From Squalus acanthias (taxonomy: Eukaryota): a DNA stretch of 64,000 nucleotides. Position numbers and translations under genes: made by a program. The stretch lies in contig CM059432.1 in assembly GCA_030390025.1 (NCBI GenBank), positions 25,236,001-25,300,000 of the forward strand, written 5' to 3'. How positions within the stretch are numbered: position 1 is the stretch's first letter; every line of letters begins with the position of its first letter. Shown piece after piece: positions 36,735 to 48,930 of this stretch. The notes below the pieces were generated by a model. The model worked only from the letters and a program-made list of their open reading frames with translations. It was not told the origin of the DNA and made no database searches.

Positions 36735-39715
36735 AATCATAAAAATTTACGGCACAGAAGGAGGCCATTTGGCCCATCATGCCTGTGCCGGCCGAAAAAG
36801 AGCTATCCAGCCTAATCCCACTTTCCAGCTCTTGGTCCGTAGCCCTGTAGGTTACAACACTTCAAGTGCATAGCCAAGTACTTTTTAAATGTGATTAAGG
36901 TTTCTTCCTCTATCACCCTTTCAGGCAGTGAGTTCCAGACTTCCACCACCCTGTGGGTAAAAAAAGTTCTCCTCAACTCCCCTCTAATCCTTCTACCAAT
37001 TACTTTAAATCTATGCCTCCTGGCTATTGACCTCTCTGCTAAGGGAAATAGGTCCATCCTATCCACTCTATCTAGACCCCTCATAATTTGATACACCTCA
37101 ATTAAATCTCCCCTCAGCCTCCTCTGTTCCAAAGAAAACAACCCCAGCCTATCCAATCTTTCCTCATAGCTAAAATTCTCCAATCCTGGCAACATCCTCG
37201 TAAATCGCCTCTGTACCCTCTCTAGTGCAATCACATCTTTCCTGTAATGTGGTGACCAGAACTGTACGCCGTATTCTAATTGTGGCCGAACTAGTGATTT
37301 ATACAGTTCTAGCGTAACCTCCCTGCTCTTATATTCTATGCCACGGCTAATAAAGGAAAATATTCCGTATGCCTTCTTAACCACCTTATCTAACTGTCCT
37401 GTTACCTTCAGGGATCTGTGAGCTTGCACTCCAAGGTCCCTCTGTTCCTCCACATATCTCAGTATTCTACCATTTATTGTGCATTCCCTTTCCTTGTTAG
37501 ACCACCCCAAATACATTACCTCACACTTCTCCGGATTGAATTCCATTTGCCACCTGACCAGTCCATCAATATTTTCCTGCTGTCTACAGCTTTCTTCCTC
37601 ATTATCAACCACACAGCCAATTTTTTGTATCATCTGCAAACTTCTTAATCATGCCCCCTACATTATAGTCTAAATCATTGATGCATACCACAAAAAACAA
37701 GGGGATAAAATTTGGGTAGCGCCCAATTTTAGCGCCCCAAAAAAGTTAGCGCCCCTGTGACTGATTTTCCCAGGTAGCGATCCGAGAGGGAGGAGGGGTG
37801 CTACTGGAAGCACCCCGCATCCCTCTTGGGGAGCTGCGAGCCAATATCGTGGCGCTATGTGCCGCAGTACTGCAGACCTTCCTCCCCTTATTAAAGGGGA
37901 GGGGCCTGGCACAGCGCGTCCCAGCACCCAGTTGAGCCACCAGGGATCGGGAGTGCCGGCAAACGAACCTGGCGCTCAGGAGGAGTGCCGGGCTCACGGA
38001 GAGCAGCCGGCACCCCGCGGGGGGGGGGGGGGCTTCACGGGGGCCGGGGACTGCAATGGGGGCAGGTGCTGGCAGGCGGCCAGCAATAAAAATGGCCGCC
38101 CGCCACCTCCCCTTTAACTAGCACTGCCCCGGCCGCAGGTAGGCCCCCTGACCCCGGCGGACATAGCGTCTAGCGGTAAGTCGGGGGGTGCCACCCAATA
38201 TTACAGCCGGGGCGCGAGCGGAGCACTGCGCACGGCGATGATGTCATCACCGGTGGCGCAACACCGCGCGGCGCCGCTAACCTCCCGCTGAATTTCGTGG
38301 GACATGTTAGCGGCGCCGCACCCAGGCGCTAGTTGATTTGCGCCCCATTGGCACCCTCTTAGGGCACTAACGGGAGGGGCAAATCAACTGAATTTAGCCC
38401 CCAAGGGATCTAGTACTGAGCCCTGCGGAACCCCACCGGAAACAACCTGCCAGTCATAAAAACACCCGTCGACCATTACCCTTTGCTTTCTGCCACTGAG
38501 CCAATTTTGGATCCAACCTGTTACTTTCCCTTGGATCCCATGGGCTTTTACATTTCTGACCATTCTGCCATGTGGGAACTTGTCAAAAGCTTTGCTAAAA
38601 TCCATGTAGACTACATCAAATGCACTACCCTCATCGACCCTCCTTGTTACCTCCTCAAAAAATTCAATCACGTTAGTCAGCCATGACCTTCCCTTGACAA
38701 ATCCATGCTGACTGTACTTGCTAAATGACGATTAATACTGTTCCTCTGAATTTTTTCCAATAATTTGCCCACCACTGAGGTTAAGCTGACTGGCCTGTAA
38801 TTACTCAGTCTATCCCTTTCTCCCTTTTTAAACAACGGTACAACATTACCAGTGCTCCAGTCTTTCAGCACTACACTTGCAGCCAGAGAGGATTGGAAAA
38901 TGATGGTCACAGCCTCCACTATTTCCTCCCTTGCTTCTCTTAACAGCCTGTGATGCATTTCATCTGGGCCTACCTTCAAAGATACTAAACCCCTTAATAT
39001 TTCATCTCTCACTATGTTTATTTCATCTAATATTTCACACTCCTCCTCCTTAACTGCAATGTGTGCATCATCCCTCTCTTTTGTCAAGACAGAAGCAAAT
39101 ATTCATTAAGAACCATACCCACGTCTTCCACCTTAACACACTGGTTACCTTTCTGGTCTCGAATAGGCCTTACTCTTTCCTTAGTTATCCTCTTGCTCTT
39201 TATGTATTTATAAAACATCTTTCCTTAATGTTACTTGCCAATATTTTTTCATGCCCTCTCTTTGCTTTCCTAAAATCCTTTTTAATTTCACCCCTGCACT
39301 TTCTATACTCCTCTAGGTGTTCTGCAATATTTAGCTCTCGGTATCTGGCATAAGCTTTTCTTTTTTGCCTTATCCTACCCTGTATGTCCCTTGACATCCA
39401 GGGGGCTCTAGATTTGGGAGTCCCACCCTTTTTCATTGTGGAAACATATTTTCTCTGAACCCTCACTATCTCCTCCTTGAATGCCTCCCAGTACTCTGAC
39501 ACTGATTTATCTTCCAGTAGCTGTTTCCAGTCCACTTTTGCTAAATCACATCTCAACTTAGTAAAATTGGCCTTTCTCCAATCAAGAACTTTTACTCCTG
39601 GTCTATCTTTGTCCTTTTCCATAACTACGTTAAATCTAACTGAAATATGATCAATACCACAAAAATGCTCTCCCACTGATACTCCTTCCATCTGCCCAGC
39701 TTCATTCCCTAAAAC
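36735..39715 (-). mobile_element. CR1 LINE (ORF2, 5'-truncated) with MITE insertion
   Basis: ORFs 39775-39200, 39087-38677, 38671-38384 and 37639-36812 with NYRPVSLTS, DFSKAFD and GVPQGS motifs. Confidence 0.92.
37701..38401. mobile_element. GC-rich Harbinger-type MITE inside CR1
   Basis: Ends ggggataaaatt / aatttagcccc, TSD CAA. CR1 rejoins across it. Confidence 0.85.
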
Positions 39716-39768
39716 CATCCAGAAGTGTTGATTTAGGAGCATTTGACTGAGTTCTATAAAATAATGAA

Positions 39769-39977
39769 AAAGCAAAATACTGCGGATGCTGGAAATCTGA
39801 AATTAAAACTAGAAATACTCAGCAGGTCAGGCAGCAACTGTGGAGAGAGAAACAGAGTTAACGTTTCAGGTCGATGACCTCTGACGAAAGGTCATTGACC
39901 TGAAACATTACCTCTGTTTCTCTCCACAGACGCTGCCTGGCCTGCTGAGTATTTCCAGCATATTCTGTTTTTATTCC
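39769..39977. mobile_element. Penelope-type inverted-repeat element with hammerhead-like core
   Basis: Long inverted arms (aaatactcagcagg...cagagttaacgtttcaggtc / gacctgaaac...cctgctgagtattt). CTGACGA-stem-GAAAC at 39881-39906. Confidence 0.65.
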
Positions 39978-40567
39978 TATAAAATAATGACTAGAATAGA
40001 TTGTGTGCAAGCTGACAAATTATTTCAATTAGGTAGGTTGGGGAGGACCAGAGGGTCATGCATATAAGTTACGCAAAGGAAGAAATCATTTAGATATTAG
40101 GAGGGAAAAATTGCTAAGAGGGTGCTAACGGGACGCAAAGCAACTAGCGTCCAGGCACGGCGATGTTTGCGCCGCTCATGAAATTGACCAGAGTTTTTTG
40201 CGACGGCGCTAAACACTACGGCCACGATCTCCTGCGCCCGTAGATCATGACGTCAGTCGAGCGTGCAATGCCCCGGTGGCGCCCCGGACCAGATATTGAG
40301 TGGCGCCCCCTGCCTTACCGCCCACCGCAAGCAATGACAGGGAGAGTGGAATGTTTTGCAGTCGGGAAGGGGCTGGGGTAGCGCTATTTAAAGGTGCCCT
40401 CTTCGTGCCTTTTTTTGTGGGAGACATTTTTGCACCACTCATTCTGAGAGAGAGAGAGAAGAGACTTCTGGAGAGAGTCAACGCTGTGTGAAGTAGTTTT
40501 GGCTACTGAGCAGCACTTTGCAGGTTCTATTGGATTTGACCTTCATTGCTTCGATTGTCAAGAGACT

Positions 40568-42887
40568 GTGGGGGCTGCACTGATTCGGGGTGTCGTCCTG
40601 TGCCTGCAGAATCGGAGGCATCAGAGACACAGACAGAGAGTGGCAATCATGGCCAGAGGGAGGTGGGCCAACAGGCCTCTGCACAGGAGACCTTACCTTC
40701 CCAGGGTGTTCCGGGAACAATTCTCCTACATTCATTTGTCTGAGGAGCAGTGTTTGCACAGGCTCCGCTTCAGCAAGGAGGTGGTCACTGAGCTCTGCCA
40801 CCTGCTGCAACCAGATCTGTAGCCTCAACTGAGGACCAGGACGTCTCTGTCGGTGGCAGTGAAGGTCACAGTGGCTCTGAATTTTTATGCCACTGGCTCC
40901 TTTCAAGCAGCTACTGGGGACATCGCCAACATCTCCCAGTTTGCGGTCCATTGCTGTATCCGGGAGGTGATGAAGGGATTTTACTAGTCCTAGCCCCTTT
41001 AGGGCTACCCCGGATCAGGCGTATTTCTCAAACGTTCACTTTCAACTTAAGTTTGAGGTAGCCAAATCATAAAGACTTTAATTGAGTCTAAAGGTCCGGA
41101 CTATCTCTCCCTAAAGGAAAGGAACAACCCAAAAATGTTATCATCCTCCAGATAGCGCTTTTAATAAGTTTAGCTCGACTGTAACGTTCCGGATATTATG
41201 AGGGTCCGGAAAACTCTCCCAGAAATGTAACTCTCCGCCAAAGAGTGTACAGAGATTGAGTTCGCGAGTTTTTGATACAGAAGATTTAATTCTAAAAATA
41301 TATAAAGATTTATTAAAGAACCGACATCCAATTTACAGTTGGTGAATCAGTCAATCGCAACTTTAACAATTCTAAAAAGATAAAACATACGATCTTTTTA
41401 ACAGAGAATCTTACTTTGAAATCTTAACTTCGCTACAGTATTACAGTTCTTAAATTTATTTTCTACAGGATATCCATCAATATCAAATACCTTTAATCCC
41501 CGAGATACAAAGAGTGGTAGACTACAGAGCCGCCTCTGAAGCTGAGAATCGCTTTGCCCGATTAAAGTGAGTCTACTTACTCATTTGAGAGTTCAATTTT
41601 ATACCCTTTTCCAGTGGTATCTCCTTTAAGGTTTTCTGCTGATGCAAGTTAATTATCCCTAGTCATTTTTCTGCCGACCTCTGCAATTCTTACTGCGACA
41701 TCATCTGGTAGCATTACAGAATCTTGTCTCATCTCTAGGTGTTCTAAGTTTACCAAATAAAAACGGTGTGACAGCAGGTGTTCCTTACTTTATGTCATCT
41801 TCATGAGGGCAGGTGTTCCTTATCTTATGTGCCATGTTTATGAAGTTTAAATTAGAACACCTTATCCAGGGTAAACCATTGTTTTGTTCCCAAAAGGTCA
41901 GCTTGTCGGAGCCATGCACCTTCTGTTTCAATAAGGTTATTTATTCAGGGTCAACAACTGTCTTATCTCAATAGCCAGAATGCTTTCATAGCTATTTCAT
42001 AGTTAGGTTTCTAAGTTTCCAAACCCAGTTTGTCATGTTTTAATAAGGCCAGAATTCTTTCATAAGATAGTGTATTTTTCTGAATAGGCTATATGGCTTA
42101 TTCCTTCACAGTGACAAATGCCCTCTATAAAAGGAGACGCCAGTACATCTCTTTCCCGATGACCCGGGCCAAACAGCATGAACGCGCATTGGGCTTTGCG
42201 AGGATAGCAGGCTTCCCCATGGTGCAGGGCGCCATTGACTACACGCATGTGGCATTGCGGGCACCGCATGAGAATGCAGAGATTTTCCGAAACCGCAAGG
42301 GGTTCCACTCCTTAACTGTCCGGTTGGTCTGTGACCACAGACAAGCTGATACTCGCTGTCAATGCCTGCTATCATGGCAGCAGCCACGATGCTTTCATCC
42401 TGCGCCAGACTGCTGTGCCAGACCTTTTCCAGGCACCGCATCAGCCAAGTGTTGGTTCCTCGGGGACAAGGGTTATCCACTCTGCACCTGGCTGATGACA
42501 CCGCTCCGTAGCCCCAACACCCCTGCTGAGCTGTGGTACAATGAGAGCCATCTCGCCACCAGGAACATCATTGAGTAGACGATCGGCGTGCTCAAGCAAC
42601 GGTTCTGCTGTCTAGACCACTCAGGAGGAGCCCTGGAGTACTCGCCTGAGCGAGTCTCCCTCTTCATAGTTGTTTGCTGCATTCTTCATAACCTTGCAAT
42701 CCTCAGGACCCAGCCAATACCACCAGGCCTTGGTGCACCACCGGAGGAGGAGGAGGAGGAGGAGGAGGAGGAAGAGGACGAGGAAGAGGAGGAGGATGAT
42801 CAGCAGCAGCACCAAGGCGGGAGGGAGGCCCACAATGTTGAAACTGCAAGGGCCGTCCATCAACGGCTGATAACAAGCTGCTTCTAG
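40568..42887 (+). pseudogene. Harbinger transposase pseudogene
   Basis: Homologous to 27545-26385. Start codon is GTG, stops at 40820 and 42576, frameshifts, LTR inserted at HCCIREV|TNALY. Confidence 0.92.
40971..42110 (-). mobile_element. Solo LTR of the foamy-like retrovirus, 1140 bp
   Basis: TG...CA ends, perfect 4-bp TSD GTGA (40967-40970, 42111-42114). Homologous to 8841-11650. TATAAAA at 41603-41597 and AATAAA at 41460-41455. Confidence 0.93.
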
Positions 42888-44489
42888 GCCCCTACTGAGG
42901 AAATGGCTTCTGGCATGGAGAACAACATGATGGAAAGCAACCCGCAACCCCTATAGCCGGCCAAGGTAGCAATGATTCCAAAGACCAAACATGTACATAT
43001 TGAATACAACAACTGTTTTTATTTTACAAACTCTGTGTTGCCATTTATTCATGACAAACTAATAGAAGCAAACACAATAAATCATTAATTAACATAACTG
43101 GTTCTCACAAGCTGGAGATAATGGCCAAAACACTAAACAAAATTTATCAGATGAACCTCGGCCTTTAATAAAAACATTCCCAACATTTCTTGAGACCTCC
43201 TACTTTTTGCCCTTCGAGGGTGATCTCCTTCCCTTGCCCACTTCCCCCCTTCCCACCCTACTGCTCCTCCGTAATGGGGCCCCAGTGGCTGCAGCAAGGC
43301 TGGTGAACGGCTGCTGAATGTCAGATCCAGAGACTACAGATGCCCTTGAAGGACGGCCTCGACCAGCTCTGGGCCTGGAGGCCCCGGCTGCAGACTGCAC
43401 CAAATCTGCATGGGCGGCAGCAGTCTGGGCTACAGGCAGTGACAAGTGCAATGGGGAAATGACAGTGGTGGCAGCAGGAATGCTGTCATCCTGAGAGAGA
43501 ACAGCACCTCCCTGCTCGACCGACACACTGGCACTCCCACGGGGCAGCACCTCAGCATCCGGAGCAATCTGCTGGAGCCCAGATTGCTGGCCTGCTGCGG
43601 CGCCGTGAGAGCCCCGGGGCAATGTGGCTGAACCAGCGACGATGGCAGCAGTCAGTGCTTGTGTGGCCTCAATCTGAGACTGCATGAGAGCAGTCTGAGA
43701 TTGGATCACAGCAGCCAGTGACTGAATTGTAGCACTAAGCATTTCCGTTGCGTCCTTGCCAGTCCATCAATGCTTTCGGGCATCCTTCCCATTGCACCCA
43801 TGAGCTGAGTGTGCATGTTCACCACCTGGGTGTTCATTTCAGCGATGAGCCGCTCCTCCTCTGCGTCCAGTGCAGTAGGACTCGCTGGCATACTCTCCCT
43901 CCGGGGAGAAGGCCCCCGAGCTTCCCTACCCCCATCGCATTGCTGCAGCCCGCTGGGTCCCGGAGCTTCACCCTCATTAGACCCTTCCCCCCTGCTCCCC
44001 TCCAGGGAAGACATGGTCCCAGTGTGGGCATGGGCTCCCTCGGGAGATGTTGGCGCTGAGGCTCCGGCTTCCTCTTCCTCCTCGCCTGTGGCGTCGCTCC
44101 CACTGGCTGCTTGAGGGCCCGTCTCCTCAGCTGGTGAATCACCATCTGAAAGCAGGGAGCTACAAGAGTGGCTTTAGCGTCAGGACAGGGGGACATAAGG
44201 GAGCAAGGACTTTAGTAAGTTGGATTGAAAGTGTCAAAGGCTGGTGTTGTGAGGGACAAGTGGAATGAGAGAGGAGAGAAAGCTGATGACCTTACCATTG
44301 CTGTCCCGAAGGGGGTCGACCTCTCCAGCGGCGACGGGACCGATCACCTGGCTTGTGACGATCCTGTAGATGCGCGCCTCCAGAGCGCTGAGGGGTTGCA
44401 GCTGAGGCCGCCCTCCACCCGTCCATTGCTGCTGTCGCCTGTTGTGACGTAGCTTGGCCTGCAAGAAAAAGGACGGCGTCTGAGTAAAT

Positions 44490-44811
44490 ATACAGCCATG
44501 TGCTTGCCTGATGTGCCTCCCACAGTTGAATAGCCCTTAATGTATGCAGCCATGTGCTTGCCTGATGTGCCTCCCATAGTTGAATAGCCCTTAATGTATG
44601 CAGCCATGTGCTTGCCTGATGTGCCTCCCATAGTTGAATAGCCCTTAATGTATGCAGCCATGTGCTTGCCTGATGTGCCTCCCATAGTTGAATAGCCCTT
44701 AATGTATGCAGCCATGTGCTTGCCTGATGTGCCTCCCATAGTTGAATAGCCCTTAATGTATGCAGCCATGTGCTTGCCTGATGTGCCTCCCATAGTTGAA
44801 CAGCACTTAAT
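44490..44811. repeat. 54-bp minisatellite, ~6 copies, in Myb intron 1
   Basis: Unit gaatagcccttaatgtatgcagccatgtgcttgcctgatgtgcctcccatagtt. Only ~2 copies in H1 (24655-24765). Confidence 0.95.
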
Positions 44812-45704
44812 GGGGGGAAAATTCAGTCGCACCCCGTTTGGGGCGCAAATATCGTCCGGGCGCAAAAATTAGCGCCTGGCGCTAATTATCGCCACTGACT
44901 GGAAACTTCACTTTTAACGCCCCGGGAGGTGATTGGAGCGCTAAATCAGGCGCTGCACACCTGTCTTAAGGCGCAAAGGCCGAGGAGTGAGGCGCTAACT
45001 CAGAGCGCCGGCGAAGCTCATGTAATGTCAGTCAGCAATGGAACACACACACAATGGCACGGGCCAGTTCTTAAAGGGGATGGTTAATCTTGCTTTCCAT
45101 CCACATCCTGCTCATTGCAGCCTTGAATCTCGGCCTGGAGAGACTTGCACATCAAATGTGCTGGAAAGAACAATGGAGAGTACCAGGCAAAGAGCTCAGA
45201 GTGCAGCCCCCACAGTCTCTGCTAAATCGATACAAGGAATGGCAAATCAAAATGAACCTGCAAAGTGCTGCTCAGTACCCAAAACTCCTTCACACAACGT
45301 TGAATCTCTCCAGAAGTCTCTCCCTCTCTCTCTCAGAATGCGTAGTTCAAAAATGGCACCAACAATAAAAGGCAGGAAGCGGTCACCTTTAAATAGCGCT
45401 TCCCCTTTCCCTTCCTGACTGCAGAACGCTCCCCTCAACCTGTCGTTGCTAGCGTCAGGCGGTAAGGCAGGGGGCGCCACTCAATATCCGCTCCGGGGCG
45501 ATACCGGGGCGTTGCACACTCGACTGACGTCATGATCTGCCGGCGCAGGAGATCGTGGCGGTAGTGTTTAGCGCCACCGCAAAATGTCTAGTTAATTTCG
45601 CGAGCGGCGCAAACTTCGCCGCGCCTGGGCGCTAGATGCTTTGCGCCCCATTAGCGCCCTCTTAAGGCGCTAACAGGAGGCGCAACCAACTGAATTTTTC
45701 CCCC
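44812..45704. mobile_element. 893-bp Harbinger MITE nested in H2
   Basis: TIRs ggggggaaaattcagt / actgaatttttccccc, TSD AAT. Confidence 0.93.
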
Positions 45705-46589
45705 AATGTGTGCAAGGTGTGGAATGTGACGTGTGTTTTTTATGAGATGGCCATAGGTCTTGGATTGTTGGGCATTGGGATTTTTATACCCTCTGGCCAT
45801 AGAGTGAGGTTGAGATGGAGGGATGTAGAGGTATTGAAAAGCAGCCACTCACCCTGATCACCCGAGTGAGGTCGTTGAACTTTTTCCGACATTGTGTGTG
45901 GGTCCTTGGCACCAGGCTCCTGGAGGAGACGTGCTGAGCCACCTCCCTCCACACTCTTCTGTAGTCGCCTGGCAATGACGTCCTGCCACTCTCTGGATAC
46001 AGTATTGCTCTTCGGCGCTCCACTGCGCCAACCAGAGCCACCAAGGCCCGCTCACTGAAGCGCTGAGCTTTTTCCCTGGCCCTCTCCATAGTCCTTTGCA
46101 GCACACTTGATGTACAGGTCTGTCCAGGCCGAGATTCAAGGCTGCAATGAGCAGGGTGTGGCTGGATAGCAAGATCGACCCTCCCCTTTAAGAACTGGCC
46201 GGCGCCAGTGTGTGTGTGTGTTCCATTGCTAACTGACATCACTTGAGCGTCGCCCGCGCTCTGAGGTAGCGCCTCGCGCCTCGGCCTTTGCGCCTTAAGA
46301 CAGGTGTGTAGCGCCTGATTTAGCACTCCAATCACCTCCAGGGGCGATAGAAGCCAAGTTTGCAGTCGGAGGCGATAATTAGCGCCAGGCGCTAAACTTT
46401 GCGCCCGGCCGATAATTGCGCCCCAAACGGGGCGATACCGAATTTCTCTCTCTAGGTGTTTTATCTTTTCCCAGAGAATAGGAGACCTGTGGAACTGTGG
46501 AACTGCGGCTTGTGTGGTGAAAGTTGATTCACTGAGTACCTTTTCCTGTCCGATGTTTTTGTATGTTTGTATCTTAGAAATGCTTCCTT

Positions 46590-46935
46590 TTGAGTCAGAA
46601 GGTTGTAGGCCTCACACCCGAATTTCTGCCCCTAACGTAGGCTGAACCTCCAGTAGAGTACTGCAGAGTTGGAGTCTGTTAAACTGAGATTACGCTTGTC
46701 TGCTTGATGGATTTTTAAGATCTTGTGGCACTATACGAAGCAAAGCACAGAAATATGCTGCCCAACATCCCTCCCCTTAACCAACACCACTGAAAAAAAA
46801 AACAAATTATCTGATCATTACTAGTTCTGAAAATAATAGCTGCATTTGTCTACATAAGTGTTTCTGTTTAGAAAGTCATTCATTGAAGCACTTTGAGATG
46901 TTTCTGAGAGGTGTTTTATAAATGTAAGTCTCTTT
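46590..46935 (+). mobile_element. Degenerate Deu-domain SINE
   Basis: tgagtcagaaggttgt...taggctga..tccagt...ttaaactgag remnants. Confidence 0.55.
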
Positions 46936-47749
46936 TTACTTCAGTCCTTCTTTCCATCAAACTTGAGCTTCTCTGATCTTTCTCATAGTCTCACACATGA
47001 AAAATGGCAATTTCAGTGGGATACTGGAGTGCAGATGTGTCCATGGAACCAAATCCTCCAATGAGTCAGGACCTTCAGGAGAAGGAGGAGAGGATAAAAG
47101 TGGACAGTGAGATCATCTGATAAAACCATTTATTCTTGAAGGCATCAACATTTGTAAAATGACTGTAATCTATTAAATAATTGAAAGAGCCATGTTGGAA
47201 GGTTTACACTCTCTGCCTAATCTGTTTCCATTTTCAAGACATCACTCACAGACATTGATATTTCAGGATTACCCATCAGTTTCTCCCATTTACATATATT
47301 ATTTTGAGTGCATATTTAGACGTTTAAAGATTATCAACAAATACCACAATATTAAATGTTGACACAAGGGACTGAGAAATGATGTCAGTGCAATCTATCT
47401 TGTCAAGCCTTGGAAATTACAAAGCCTGACAAAGGGAAATGAAGTCACAAATGTTATACTTTACTGATGTAGGCAGAGGGGTGGGAAAGGCTGGGATCTT
47501 TGGCTTGGATCAGCAAAATGGTAGCTACTGTATTAGGAAAATCAGTTTTCCAGCTACGGTTACATTTTGAAATTATATTTGCTGGGCTGTCTTATTGTTA
47601 TAGAAGTTAAAGATAGGCCTTCTCTTGAAGAATTCCTTGAAGTCATTATTTTCTGACTTTTTTATTGAGATATCTGGGTGAAGGTTTTAGGCCTATAGTT
47701 CATCACACCATTTGAAAAGGGTAGAAGAGAGGGTGAGATCAATTAGGAA

Positions 47750-47960
47750 ACAGTGATTTGCAGACACTGAGCCTGGGTTTTAAAAGCCTAAAGGTTGTAG
47801 GAAGAAGAAAAGGCTGAAGAAATAAGGATTTATACATTTTTGAAGTCCTGGGATAGAATGAGTTTGAATAGGAGACCATGTGATGATCCTTAAGTTCAAC
47901 AGAATGGGGATGTAGAGAGAAGGAACAGCATGTAGGATGGTGTTTTTGGGACTCTCTTAC
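47750..47960 (-). mobile_element. Old LINE 3' fragment
   Basis: HPHSVEL...YSNSFYPRTSKMY.SL resembles a LINE ORF2 C-terminus. Confidence 0.45.
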
Positions 47961-48519
47961 ACGATGTCTCAATCCACATTACAACCAATGATTTGCTTTT
48001 TGAAGTGTGGCCACTGTTGTTATGTAGGCAAATGCAGCAGCTAACAGTAAATGATAAAAGGTTAGATAATCTGTTATAAGTGGGATTGGTTGAGGCAGGA
48101 ATGCTGGTCAGGCCACTCGGAGAATTTCCTGCTATTTTTTGAATAGTTTCATGAAATCTTTTATGTCCATTAGTTGCTGTTATAACTATGTAATCAGACT
48201 TAGTTGGACAAATTGAGAGAGTCTGCACTCCTGTCATGCCAGAGAATTGGATATGGTGTCACAGTCCGAACTCTGACCCGCGCTCCCATCGAGAGAAGCT
48301 CTGCACAAGGAGCACAGCTTTGCTGAATTTTCACTATTGCATCAATGTATGATCCTGTAAACAGCATGTAAGTAAAATATAAACAGTTCCACCAACATAT
48401 AAACTACTGTAATAGTCCAATTCTTTCTCTGCTCTTAAGTACAAATTTCAACTCTATACTAAATATTCTTCAGGTTCTGCGTTAACGATTTAGCCTGTAA
48501 GTGGATCCTGCATCCCTAA

Positions 48520-48930
48520 GCTGTCAGCCTTTGCTCAGTGGTAGCACTTCCGTCTGAGTCAGTAGGTCATGGCTTCAAGTCCTGTTCCAGAGAATTGAGC
48601 ACATAATCTAGGCTGACACGTCAATGTCTTTCGGATGCGACATTAAACCAAGGCCCCATCTGCCCTCTCAGGTGGACATTAAAGATCCCACGGCAATATT
48701 TGAAGAAGAATGTTCTCCCCGCTGTCCTGGCCAATATTTATCCCTCAACCAACATCTCTAAAACAGATTATCTGGTCATTGCTGCTTGTGGGATCTTACT
48801 GTGTGCAAATTGGCTGCTACATTTCCTGCATGACAATAGTGACTACATTTCAAATGTATTTAATTGGCTGTAAAGCGCTTTGGGACGCCCTGAGGTCATG
48901 AAAGATGCTGTATAAATGCAAGCGTTTTTT
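48520..48930 (+). mobile_element. Deu-domain SINE
   Basis: tRNA-like head (gctcagtggtagcac...ttcaagtcc), Deu core, tail tataaatgcaag. Confidence 0.82.

Larger units (their letters stand above)
43200..46089 (-). pseudogene. Myb/SANT-like gene of H2 (exons 46089-45853, 44458-44296, 44145-43200)
   Basis: Exon sizes 237 and 163 nt as in H1. Frameshifting deletion near 43745. Confidence 0.85.
40101..46452. mobile_element. Second full-length Harbinger (H2), opposite orientation, decayed, with nested LTR and MITE
   Basis: Ends gagggaaaaatt / aatttctctctc, TSD TAG. The flanks rejoin as an old CR1 3' end (RGHAYKLRKGRNHLDIRCFIFSQRIGDLWN). Confidence 0.92.

Noticed and set aside
44344..44865. 173-aa ORF with 18-aa repeats; CRISPR-like appearance
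   Set aside because: Translation of an intronic 54-bp minisatellite. Units are contiguous with no unique spacers.
48520..48590. tRNA gene
   Set aside because: SINE head with no complete cloverleaf.
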